This document shows positions 27,211 to 35,051 of a stretch of 64,000 bases of DNA, piece by piece. The stretch lies in contig JAUSJC010000010.1 of the NCBI GenBank assembly GCA_030647775.1, positions 72,718 to 136,717 on the forward strand. The letters are read 5' to 3'. The notes beneath the pieces were generated by a model, which saw only the letters and a program-made list of their open reading frames with translations, made no database searches and was not told where the DNA came from. The translations under genes were made by a program, and so were the position numbers. Within the stretch, counting starts at the first letter, position 1, and the number at the start of each line of letters is the position of its first letter. Source of the DNA: Candidatus Curtissbacteria bacterium (GTDB lineage Bacteria; Patescibacteriota; Microgenomatia; Curtissbacterales; GWA2-41-24).

Positions 27211-28347
27211 ATGTCTCCACAAAAAAGAAACGGTAATCGTTTTGTAAAAATTTTCGCCTTTGCCGCAGTTCTTTTTTTTGTGGCGCTTTTTGCCATAAAA
27301 TTTCTCCATCTTAGCCCTTTTGTCTTAAGCGGCCCAAAATCCGTTGTTCAGTTTCTAACCACGACAGGTCTCAAAAGCGATAATAACCGTACCAATATCC
27401 TGCTTCTCGGCGTCGGTGGAGAGGGTCATGACGGGCCATATCTAACGGATACAATGATGATCGCCTCCATCGATAAAGATGGCAAAGGTGTTGCCCTGAT
27501 TTCAATCCCGCGCGATATCTGGGTCCCGGACCAAAAAGAGAAGATTAACGCTGTTTATCCGAAGAACAATAACAATTTAAAAATAACCGAGCAGATAGTC
27601 ACCGGCCTTCTTGGTCTGCCGATCCACTACGGAGTGCGGATTGATTTTTCAGGTTTTGAAAGAGCAGTCGATTTGGTCGGCGGCCTCGATATTAATGTCG
27701 ATAACTCTTTTACGGACGCCAGATACCCAATCAACGGTAAAGAGAACGATACTTGCGGTATCCAGTTTGAGACAAAGCTGGAAAATGGAGTAGAGAATGT
27801 TTACTTTAAAGACGCTACCGGTTCGGCAACCCTTCTTATTCCAGAAGAAAATGATCCCTTCACCTGCCGCTACGAAACCCTTAAGTTCCAAAAAGGCCAA
27901 GCGCATATGGACGGCAAAACTGCTCTCAAGTATATCCGCTCCAGGCATGGTGACAACAATGAAGGGTCTGATTTTGCAAGAAGTACCCGCCAGGAAAAAG
28001 TCATCCTTGCTTTCCGCCAGAAAGTTCTGTCGGCAAGCACCCTCCTCAATCCAAAAAAGATCCTTAATCTGATAAACACTTTTGGCGGTTCTGTAGATAC
28101 TGACATTGGTTCTTCGGAAATTCCGTTTTTCCTAGAACTCTTTCCCAAGGTCGGCCAAAACGCGATCCGCAAAATTGCCTTGGATGCCGACAACGTCAAT
28201 TCGCGCTTAGAAGTTGGTGACTTTTCAATTTACGGTGGTTATGTCCTTCTGCCCAAAGGCGGCAGCTGGCAAGATCTGGCAGCTTACATTAAAGGGGAAA
28301 TTGAAAAAATCGCAACTCCATCGGCCACACCGGCAGCAAAAAATTAA
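27211..28347 (+). CDS. LytR-CpsA-Psr (LCP) family cell-envelope phosphotransferase
   Basis: N-terminal TM, DTMMIASID...SIPRD motifs. Confidence 0.8.
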   Translation: MSPQKRNGNRFVKIFAFAAVLFFVALFAIKFLHLSPFVLSGPKSVVQFLTTTGLKSDNNRTNILLLGVGGEGHDGPYLTDTMMIASIDKDGKGVALISIPRDIWVPDQKEKINAVYPKNNNNLKITEQIVTGLLGLPIHYGVRIDFSGFERAVDLVGGLDINVDNSFTDARYPINGKENDTCGIQFETKLENGVENVYFKDATGSATLLIPEENDPFTCRYETLKFQKGQAHMDGKTALKYIRSRHGDNNEGSDFARSTRQEKVILAFRQKVLSASTLLNPKKILNLINTFGGSVDTDIGSSEIPFFLELFPKVGQNAIRKIALDADNVNSRLEVGDFSIYGGYVLLPKGGSWQDLAAYIKGEIEKIATPSATPAAKN

Positions 28348-28350
28348 TAA

Positions 28351-28392
28351 CCTTCGGATAAATTCGGAGTAAAAATTAGGATGAATTAGGAT
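28351..28392. repeat. AATTCGGA direct repeats + AATTAGGAT motif (copy c)
   Basis: CCTTCGGATAAATTCGGAGTAAAAATTAGGATGAATTAGGATC; related to 34284-34328 and 59434-59520. Confidence 0.6.
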
Positions 28393-28634
28393 CTATAGCT
28401 CGAAATAAACTTCAGCGTTCCAACGACGAATAAAGTCAGTCCGACAACAAAAATTATATAAGTTAAACCCGTCGATCCGGCATTGGGCAAACTGGAAGTG
28501 GTTCCGCCGCCGACTGCTGAACTTGTAGAAGCGCCAAGCAGAAAATCGCTTTTACTCTGCGCCATTACATTACCGGCAAATGTCATTGCTATCGAAAACG
28601 GAGTAACAAAAGAAGCTACGCGTAAAATTTTCAT
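28386..28634 (-). CDS. Small secreted/membrane protein (signal peptide + C-terminal TM), hypothetical
   Basis: 82 aa; plausible but unsupported by homology. Confidence 0.3.
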   Translation of the reverse strand: MKILRVASFVTPFSIAMTFAGNVMAQSKSDFLLGASTSSAVGGGTTSSLPNAGSTGLTYIIFVVGLTLFVVGTLKFISSYRS

Positions 28635-28690
28635 CGCCTTAAACCAAGTTAATATTTTTCGCCTCTTTTGTCAATGGACAGAGGCGAAAT

Positions 28691-28960
28691 TTACTTTGTT
28701 TTAGCAAAAAGTGCGGGTTTGGTTTTTGGAGCAAGTTTTTTAGATAAACGTGACTTAAGTCGAGCGGCTTTGTTGCGATGGATTACGTTTGTCTTTGCTG
28801 CCTTATCCAAAGCGCTGTAAGCGGCCGTTAGCAGTGCCGCAGTCGGATTTTTGCGAAACGCGCCAACCGCCTTTTTGTATTTGCTCCTAACAACTAGGTT
28901 AATTTCAGCCTTTCGTCTGTCTTGTCGGACCTTTTTTATTGCTTGTTTTATAACCGGCAT
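28691..28960 (-). CDS. rpsT: 30S ribosomal protein S20
   Basis: MPVIKQAIKKVRQDRRKAEIN...; 89 aa basic. Confidence 0.85.
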   Translation of the reverse strand: MPVIKQAIKKVRQDRRKAEINLVVRSKYKKAVGAFRKNPTAALLTAAYSALDKAAKTNVIHRNKAARLKSRLSKKLAPKTKPALFAKTK

Positions 28961-29021
28961 ATCGTTTATATTGACCCTTGTTTAGGTTGCAGTCAATCCT
29001 TAAGAAAGCATTTTATCCGTA

Positions 29022-30689
29022 ATGTTAACTTTTATCAAGAACGGCGCTGGTATCTTCAAAAAAAAGCAGGAGGATATCCTTTCCGCCGCCTTCATTATTG
29101 CCTTTTCGGTTGCCCTTTCCCGGATCCTCGGTCTTGTCCGTTACCGCCTGCTTGCTTCTCATTTCGGTTACGATATTAAACAGCTTGACAGCTTTATTGC
29201 CGCCTCGGCTCTTCCGGATGCCATTTTTGAAGTTATGATTTTCGGTGCCATTGCCCTTGCCTTTATTCCCGTGTTTTCCCAATACATGTCCCGCGATAAA
29301 CTCCAAAGGGCTTGGGCCCTGTCTTCAACCATGATTACCCTGGGCCTGGTTATTTTCGCCGTTTTTACCACAATCATTATTCTACTTGCCAATTTTATTG
29401 CTCCGATTATCGCTCCCGGAGTTGTAGCCAAAGAACCAACGACCCAATTTTTAATAGCCAACCTCCTGCGGATTATGATATTTGCCCAGCTCTTTTTCGT
29501 AATTTCAATTTTCCTAACCGGCATTTTGCAGTCATTCCAGAGGTTTCTCGTTCCGGCCATTGCCTCAATCTTCTACAACCTTGGCATAATCGCGGCCATC
29601 ATTTTCCTGACTCCATATTTTGGCATTTATGCTCCGGCGATTGGCATGGTTATAGGCGCTTTTCTGCACCTTTTGATTCAGTTGCCTTTGGCATTGTCGC
29701 TTGGCTTCCGCTTTCATTTTAGTTTTGATTTCAAAAACAAAGATGTTATGGAAACCTTCCACCTCATGTGGCCGCGTTCAATCGTTTTGGCCCTAATTCG
29801 TCTTTCCGACCTTATCAATATCGCTATCGCCTCCGTTGCCGCTTTCGGTTCGATTGTCGCCTTTAATTTTGCCCAGACCCTCCAGCTTGTCCCGATATCT
29901 CTGTTTGCCGCCGCCATCGCCCAGGCCGCCCTGCCATCCCTTTCAATAGAATTTAATTCCAGGCGCTATGACCAGTTCAAAAAACTTTTCACCCAGTCGT
30001 TTAATCAAATAAACTTTCTCATTTTTCCCTCCGCCGCCATCATTGCCATTTTAAGGATCCCGCTTGTCCGCTTGGTGTTTGGCGCCAAAGAATTCCCATG
30101 GGATATTACGGTTTTGACCGGCCGGGTTTTGATTGCTTTTTCTATCGGCATCGCCGCGCAGGCCATCAGTCTTTTAGTTACTCGCAGTTTCTACGCAGTC
30201 AAAGACAGCGTTACTCCTGTCAAAGTTACCACAGTCACGACTATTTTAAATATCGCCGCCAGTGTTATTCTAATTGTCATTTTGAAGTTTCCGCTCTTTT
30301 ATCTGGCTCTTAATTTCAGCATCGCCAACATTTTAAACGCGGTTTTACTTATGTACTTTTTGGATAGGAAAGTCGGCTTTAACAAAAAAGAACTTGCCAT
30401 ACCGTTTTTTAAAATGCTTTTAATTAGCGCGATTACTGCCATTACCCTTTATGTTCCCATGAAACTTTTGGACCAGTTAGTTTTTGATACGACCAGGACT
30501 TTTGGCCTTCTCCTCTTAACCGGCACGGCCGTTGCCGCCGGTTTAATAGTCTATACCGGCCTTTCCTGGTTGTTTGGGGTTGGAGAGGTCAGCGTTTTTT
30601 GGGATCTTGCCAAAAGGGTCGCCAGTTTCCCTTCAAAACTTACAAAACCTCCGCCGACCTCAATCGACGCCCAGCAGCAAAACCCCTAA
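29022..30689 (+). CDS. murJ: Lipid II flippase MurJ (MviN)
   Basis: 555 aa, 14 TM; SRILGLVRYRLLASHFG...LPDAIFEVMIFGA conserved N-terminal region. Confidence 0.85.
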   Translation: MLTFIKNGAGIFKKKQEDILSAAFIIAFSVALSRILGLVRYRLLASHFGYDIKQLDSFIAASALPDAIFEVMIFGAIALAFIPVFSQYMSRDKLQRAWALSSTMITLGLVIFAVFTTIIILLANFIAPIIAPGVVAKEPTTQFLIANLLRIMIFAQLFFVISIFLTGILQSFQRFLVPAIASIFYNLGIIAAIIFLTPYFGIYAPAIGMVIGAFLHLLIQLPLALSLGFRFHFSFDFKNKDVMETFHLMWPRSIVLALIRLSDLINIAIASVAAFGSIVAFNFAQTLQLVPISLFAAAIAQAALPSLSIEFNSRRYDQFKKLFTQSFNQINFLIFPSAAIIAILRIPLVRLVFGAKEFPWDITVLTGRVLIAFSIGIAAQAISLLVTRSFYAVKDSVTPVKVTTVTTILNIAASVILIVILKFPLFYLALNFSIANILNAVLLMYFLDRKVGFNKKELAIPFFKMLLISAITAITLYVPMKLLDQLVFDTTRTFGLLLLTGTAVAAGLIVYTGLSWLFGVGEVSVFWDLAKRVASFPSKLTKPPPTSIDAQQQNP

Positions 30690-32585
30690 ATGAACATCCG
30701 AAACTTTGCTCTAATTGCCCATATTGACCATGGCAAATCAACTCTTGCCGATCGTATTATGGAAGCCTGCGGCGCAGTTGGTACTTCTCACCAAGCCCAG
30801 CTTTTGGATAGTCTGGAGCTGGAGCGCGAGCACGGCATTACCATCAAACTCAAGGCGATCCGATTAGTTTACAAACCGGAAAATATTCTTCGAGCGAGCG
30901 AAGCGAGTCGAGAAGTTTCCACTGAAAATATTAATAGTTCTAAAGGTAAGTTCTCGATAAACTCGAACAATAATGACGCATTCATCTTGAACTTACTTGA
31001 TACTCCCGGCCATGTCGATTTTTCTTACGAGGTTTCCCGTTCGCTGGCCTCTGTCGAAGGCGCGATCCTAATTGTTGATGCTACTCAAGGCGTCCAGGCC
31101 CAAACGCTTTCCAATTTCACCCTCGCCCTCGATGCTAACCTCACCCTAATTCCCGTCATCAATAAGATTGATTCACCCCAAGCCGAGGTTGAAAAAACCC
31201 AGGAAGAGCTGAAAAACCTTGGTTTTTCACAAGCGGAAATAATCAAAGTTTCTGCCAAAACAGGCGAAGGAGTGGATCATCTTCTCGAACAAATCGTCAG
31301 CCGCATCCCACCGCCCACAAACTTCTCCGCACGTCATTCTGAACTCGTTTCAGAATCTAAAGACAAGATCCCGAATCAAGTTCGGGATGACAAGTTGAGA
31401 GCCCTCATTTTCGATTCCAGTCTAGATCCCTACAAAGGCGTCATCGCGACAGTCCGCTTATTTGGCGGAGGCCTAAAAGTAGGGGACCAGATAAAATTTT
31501 TGGCAACCGGCGCGCAAGCAGAGGTATTGCAAATCGGCTACCTAACTCCGGTCGTCAAATATGTCAATGAAATTAAATCGGGTGAAGTCGGCTTTATCGT
31601 TACCAATCTTAAGGACTTATTCAAAGTCGAAGTCGGGGATACCATCACCAGTCCCAAGGATCCGGCCAAACCGCTTCTCGGTTATAAGCATGCCAAACCG
31701 GTTGTTTTCCTTTCCTTTTATCCAACCGATGTCGGCGATTTTCCAAAATTAAAAGAAGGCCTGGAAAAATTAAAGCTAAACGATGCGGCGCTTTCCTTTT
31801 CCCCGGAAACTTCCATCTCCCTGGGCCAGGGCCTTCGCGTCGGCTTCCTCGGCTTACTCCACGCTCAAATTACCCAGGAGCGTTTGGAGCGCGAACATAA
31901 TCTGGATATTATTGCCGTTTCGCCTTCTGTCAATTTCGAAGTTGACGGCAAGCTTATCAATAAACCGTCGGAATTTGATCCGGCCGCCCAAAACGTCAAA
32001 GAGCCTTATGCCAAAGTAACCATTTTTGCCCCTCAAAAATATTTCGGCACCGTCTCCAATCTTGTTCACGACAAAAGAGGGACTCTCGGCAACTCCGAAA
32101 ACATCGGAAATCTTTTGAAAATCGAATGCGAAATTCCGCTCTTAGAACTTCTAATTGGTTTTTACGACCAATTAAAGACGCAAACTTCCGGTTACGGATC
32201 GCTCGATTTTGAACTGTCGGAGTATAAACCGGCAAAACTGGCCAAACTCGATATTCTGGTCAATCACGAACCGATAGAAGCCCTAACCCAGATTGTTCCG
32301 TACCAAAGGGCTGAAGAAATTGGCCGCAAATTTGTGGAAAAACTAAAAGATGCCATCCCGCGCCAGCAAATCCCAGTTCCAATCCAGGCGGCCATCGGCG
32401 GCAAAATTATCGCCCGCGAAACAATCGCCTCCTTTAGAAAAGACGTTACTGCTAAACTCTACGGCGGCGATGTCACGCGCAAGATGAAGCTTTTGCAAAA
32501 GCAAAAGAAGGGGAAGAAACGAATGAGAAGATTTGGAAGTGTCGATATTCCACAAGAAGCTTTCCTGGCTGTCCTTAAAGTATAA
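30690..32585 (+). CDS. lepA: Elongation factor 4 (LepA) carrying two in-frame repeat-element insertions
   Basis: IAHIDHGKSTL, DTPGHVDF, NKID, C-terminal LepA-specific domain; 631 aa vs ~600 typical. Confidence 0.9.
   Translation: MNIRNFALIAHIDHGKSTLADRIMEACGAVGTSHQAQLLDSLELEREHGITIKLKAIRLVYKPENILRASEASREVSTENINSSKGKFSINSNNNDAFILNLLDTPGHVDFSYEVSRSLASVEGAILIVDATQGVQAQTLSNFTLALDANLTLIPVINKIDSPQAEVEKTQEELKNLGFSQAEIIKVSAKTGEGVDHLLEQIVSRIPPPTNFSARHSELVSESKDKIPNQVRDDKLRALIFDSSLDPYKGVIATVRLFGGGLKVGDQIKFLATGAQAEVLQIGYLTPVVKYVNEIKSGEVGFIVTNLKDLFKVEVGDTITSPKDPAKPLLGYKHAKPVVFLSFYPTDVGDFPKLKEGLEKLKLNDAALSFSPETSISLGQGLRVGFLGLLHAQITQERLEREHNLDIIAVSPSVNFEVDGKLINKPSEFDPAAQNVKEPYAKVTIFAPQKYFGTVSNLVHDKRGTLGNSENIGNLLKIECEIPLLELLIGFYDQLKTQTSGYGSLDFELSEYKPAKLAKLDILVNHEPIEALTQIVPYQRAEEIGRKFVEKLKDAIPRQQIPVPIQAAIGGKIIARETIASFRKDVTAKLYGGDVTRKMKLLQKQKKGKKRMRRFGSVDIPQEAFLAVLKV
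30888..30977. repeat. MITE-like element (TTCGAGCGAG...GTTCTCGATAAACTCGAACAATAATGAC) inserted in frame in lepA G domain
   Basis: Encodes ~ILRASEASREVSTENINSSKGKFSINSNNN between conserved KAIRLVYKP and LNLLDTPGH. Confidence 0.8.
31332..31394. repeat. Palindromic element CGTCATTCTGAACTCGTTTCAGAATC...CCGAATCAAGTTCGGGATGAC inserted in frame in lepA
   Basis: Encodes SARHSELVSESKDKIPNQVRDD in loop after PPP motif. Confidence 0.8.
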
Positions 32586-32586
32586 T

Positions 32587-33288
32587 TTGCTCGTGGCTTC
32601 ATATCAGCAAAAACAATACCAGCTCTTTAGAGAAATTGAAGAAAAATTCAAAAGAGGGGAATCACCATCAACGATAGTCGAGCCGATCCAGGACTACTCT
32701 CAAGATAATCAAATTTGCTTAACTGGTGTAGTTTTTCTCTCGGGGAGGCTACAGACATTAATTACAAAAAAAATCATTGAACCTTTAAGAAAAATAGATC
32801 CAGAACAATATTATTATCTACCAGATTCTCTTCATCTCACTATTCAAAACGTTCGGACTATTAACAACCCACCTCTCTTTAGTGATGAAGATGTCAAAAA
32901 AGTCCAAAACGTTTTCAAAAAAGTAATCCCGAAACATCAGCGATTTGAATTTGAGTTAAAAGGGCTTTTCGAATTACCTACAAGTTTAGGCATTTGTGCC
33001 TATTCCGACAAGAGCATAAAGGATTTATGTTTCGATTTAAGAGACGAACTTACAAAGACTGGTGTTCCAGATAATAAAACTTATGCTTCGAAAGAAATAA
33101 TTTTCGGTAATGTTACAGTTAGTCGCTACACAACCACCCCCAGCCCTGAATTTTTTAAGGAAATTAACCGGATGAAAGATATGGAAATAGGCAAACTAAA
33201 GGTTAAAACTGTCTCCTTAATCACAACAAATTCCGTTTGTCATCCAAAATTGACTAAATTTATTCAAACATTCGATCTAAAAGTCTAA
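32587..33288 (+). CDS. Hypothetical protein, possibly 2H-phosphoesterase-like (very tentative)
   Basis: LHLTIQ resembles an HxTx motif; ORF-track ATG 32533 overlaps lepA by 52 nt, TTG 32587/GTG 32593 alternative starts. Confidence 0.3.
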   Translation: MLVASYQQKQYQLFREIEEKFKRGESPSTIVEPIQDYSQDNQICLTGVVFLSGRLQTLITKKIIEPLRKIDPEQYYYLPDSLHLTIQNVRTINNPPLFSDEDVKKVQNVFKKVIPKHQRFEFELKGLFELPTSLGICAYSDKSIKDLCFDLRDELTKTGVPDNKTYASKEIIFGNVTVSRYTTTPSPEFFKEINRMKDMEIGKLKVKTVSLITTNSVCHPKLTKFIQTFDLKV

Positions 33289-33291
33289 ACC

Positions 33292-33831
33292 ATGCAAAAT
33301 AAACTAAATCTGGAACTTAAATATCATTGCAAAGATTTTGCCCCGATCAGGGAAATCTTAAAAAATGTCGGTGCCAAAAAAGTTGGGAAGTTTAGCCAAA
33401 AAGATTATTTTTTTAATCTTCCTCAAAATAAAAAAGTACCCCAGAGGTTAAAACTGCGCATTCAGGAAAATCAGTCAACGCTGGTCTATTACAAGCGAGG
33501 TGATTTCTCCAAGAAATCAGCAACCGTCGCTAAAGTTTCCTTATTAGAAGTCGCCGATAAAAAGTTTTTAGATTTTCTTAAAAAAGTTTTAGGAACTAAA
33601 GCGATTGTCATCAAAAGCCGGGAGCTATGGAAGAAGGACAACACCGTATTTAATCTGGACACTGTCAAAAACATCGGAAAGATTTTTGAGATTGAAGTAT
33701 CCGTCGCCGGCGATGTCGACAAGGCAAAGAAAGAATTTAATAAGTACAAAGAAAAATTCCAGCCCCACTTGGATAAAATTGTAAAAGGTTCGAATCTTGA
33801 TTTAATTTTAAAAACCCACCCCATAGTTTGA
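33292..33831 (+). CDS. CYTH-domain protein (class IV adenylate cyclase / triphosphatase fold)
   Basis: N-terminal LELKYHC (ExExK-like) and overall 179 aa size typical of CyaB/ThTPase CYTH. Confidence 0.55.
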   Translation: MQNKLNLELKYHCKDFAPIREILKNVGAKKVGKFSQKDYFFNLPQNKKVPQRLKLRIQENQSTLVYYKRGDFSKKSATVAKVSLLEVADKKFLDFLKKVLGTKAIVIKSRELWKKDNTVFNLDTVKNIGKIFEIEVSVAGDVDKAKKEFNKYKEKFQPHLDKIVKGSNLDLILKTHPIV

Positions 33832-33855
33832 CAAATATTATCAATATGCTATAAT
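33828..33855 (+). promoter_or_regulatory. Near-perfect sigma70 promoter TTGACA-16-TATAAT
   Basis: TTGACA 33828-33833, TATAAT 33850-33855; drives the 33.86-34.22 kb region. Confidence 0.65.
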
Positions 33856-33861
33856 CATTTG

Positions 33862-34228
33862 TAATAAGTGTCCGTCCCATTGGGGCGGTTTTCTTGTTTC
33901 TGGCCTAAGATCCAGAACCAATATGACATCCGAAATAGATCCTCTAGTTCATCGCCACCTAAGACAATCTGCCAATTACACTGTAGTGGAAGATGGACGA
34001 AAGCCTAGTGCTTCCGAAAGATCCCAGGCAATCTCTAACGCCCGCGATTACAGAAAACCAGTTTTCAGATTAAGATATGTGGAAGAGCAGAGACGGATCG
34101 ATCTCGTACCACCGGATATGACGATCAAAAGCGGTTCTACCGTTGTAGAACAAAAGCCATCCAGCTACCGACCTTTTTCTCTTATCCCTCCGACAAAGTA
34201 GGAGTCCTTCAAACTCCAAAAATTCGCT
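33862..34228 (+). ncRNA. Candidate structured non-coding RNA of unknown class (~360 nt)
   Basis: Strong promoter, no SD, the only ORF (33923-34201) has random-like R-rich composition; multiple local hairpins; weak RNase P-like strings (GGACGAAAGCC, TAACGCC, ACAGAAAAC) not sufficient for assignment. Confidence 0.25.
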
Positions 34229-34229
34229 C

Positions 34230-34266
34230 TTGACAACTTTTAGCACTCGGTGTATATTACTGCTAA
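34230..34266 (+). promoter_or_regulatory. hrcA promoter (TTGACA-17-TATATT) overlapped by CIRCE-like inverted repeat TTAGCACTC-N9-TACTGCTAA
   Basis: CIRCE consensus TTAGCACTC-N9-GAGTGCTAA; 15/18 match; directly upstream of hrcA. Confidence 0.55.
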
Positions 34267-34283
34267 CCTTGATCTTAGTTCAT

Positions 34284-34328
34284 ATTCGGATTAATTCGGA
34301 CTAAGAATTCGGATCAATTAGGGAAATT
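34284..34328. repeat. Three phased direct repeats AATTCGGA(T/C)TAA in hrcA 5'UTR ending in AATTAGGG
   Basis: ATTCGGATTAATTCGGACTAAGAATTCGGATCAATTAGGG. Confidence 0.7.
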
Positions 34329-35048
34329 ATGGACCTCACCGAACGCCAGAAAAAATTACTCCGCTCAATAATTGAAAAGTATATCGAGACGGCCGAACCA
34401 ATCGGTTCCGAGACTGTCGAGAAAGAGGCCGGGCTTGGAGTTTCGCCCGCAACCATCCGAAACGAAATGGTCAGGCTAACCGCTTTAGGCTACGTTCGCC
34501 AGCCTTACACCTCGGCCGGCCGCATTCCAACTTCCATGGGCATGAAGTTTTTTGTCGACCAGCTAATGGAAGAAAAAGCCCTTTCGCTGAAAGATGAAGT
34601 TGCTATCAAAGAAGAAATGAACCAGGGTGACCAGCGTTTTGAAAGGCATTTAAAGCACGCCGCCCAGGTTTTGGCGCAGCAGACAAAATCACTGGCCATT
34701 GCCAGTGATGAAGAGGGTGACATTTATGCTTCAGGTATGGCCAATATTTTGGATATGCCCGAATTTTATGATATCGATATCACCAAAACCGTCCTTTCCA
34801 TGCTCGATAAAGTCGAACTTCTAAACCAGGTTTTTGCCATGCTTCTTCCCCAGGACCAAATAAAAATCTTTTTCGGTGAAGAGCTTGGGGTTCCCTTTTT
34901 GGAACCATGCGGCTTTGTAATTGTCCGCTACGAAGCGCCAAGCCATAGAGGGGTCCTTGGGGTCATCGGCCCGTCGCGCCTAAACTATCCGGTGGTTATT
35001 CCGACCATGAAATACTTTGCCCATCTGCTCGGCGAATTTTCCAAATAA
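34329..35048 (+). CDS. hrcA: Heat-inducible transcription repressor HrcA (short form)
   Basis: MDLTERQKKLLRSIIEKYIETAEPIGSETV... winged-helix N-terminus typical of HrcA. Confidence 0.8.
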   Translation: MDLTERQKKLLRSIIEKYIETAEPIGSETVEKEAGLGVSPATIRNEMVRLTALGYVRQPYTSAGRIPTSMGMKFFVDQLMEEKALSLKDEVAIKEEMNQGDQRFERHLKHAAQVLAQQTKSLAIASDEEGDIYASGMANILDMPEFYDIDITKTVLSMLDKVELLNQVFAMLLPQDQIKIFFGEELGVPFLEPCGFVIVRYEAPSHRGVLGVIGPSRLNYPVVIPTMKYFAHLLGEFSK

Positions 35049-35051
35049 TCT

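Noticed and set aside
33923-34201. 92-aa ORF as a protein-coding gene
   Set aside because: No SD or start context. Random-like Arg-rich composition. Lies behind a strong promoter in an otherwise non-coding spacer. More consistent with a transcribed ncRNA region, so listed only as a candidate ncRNA.
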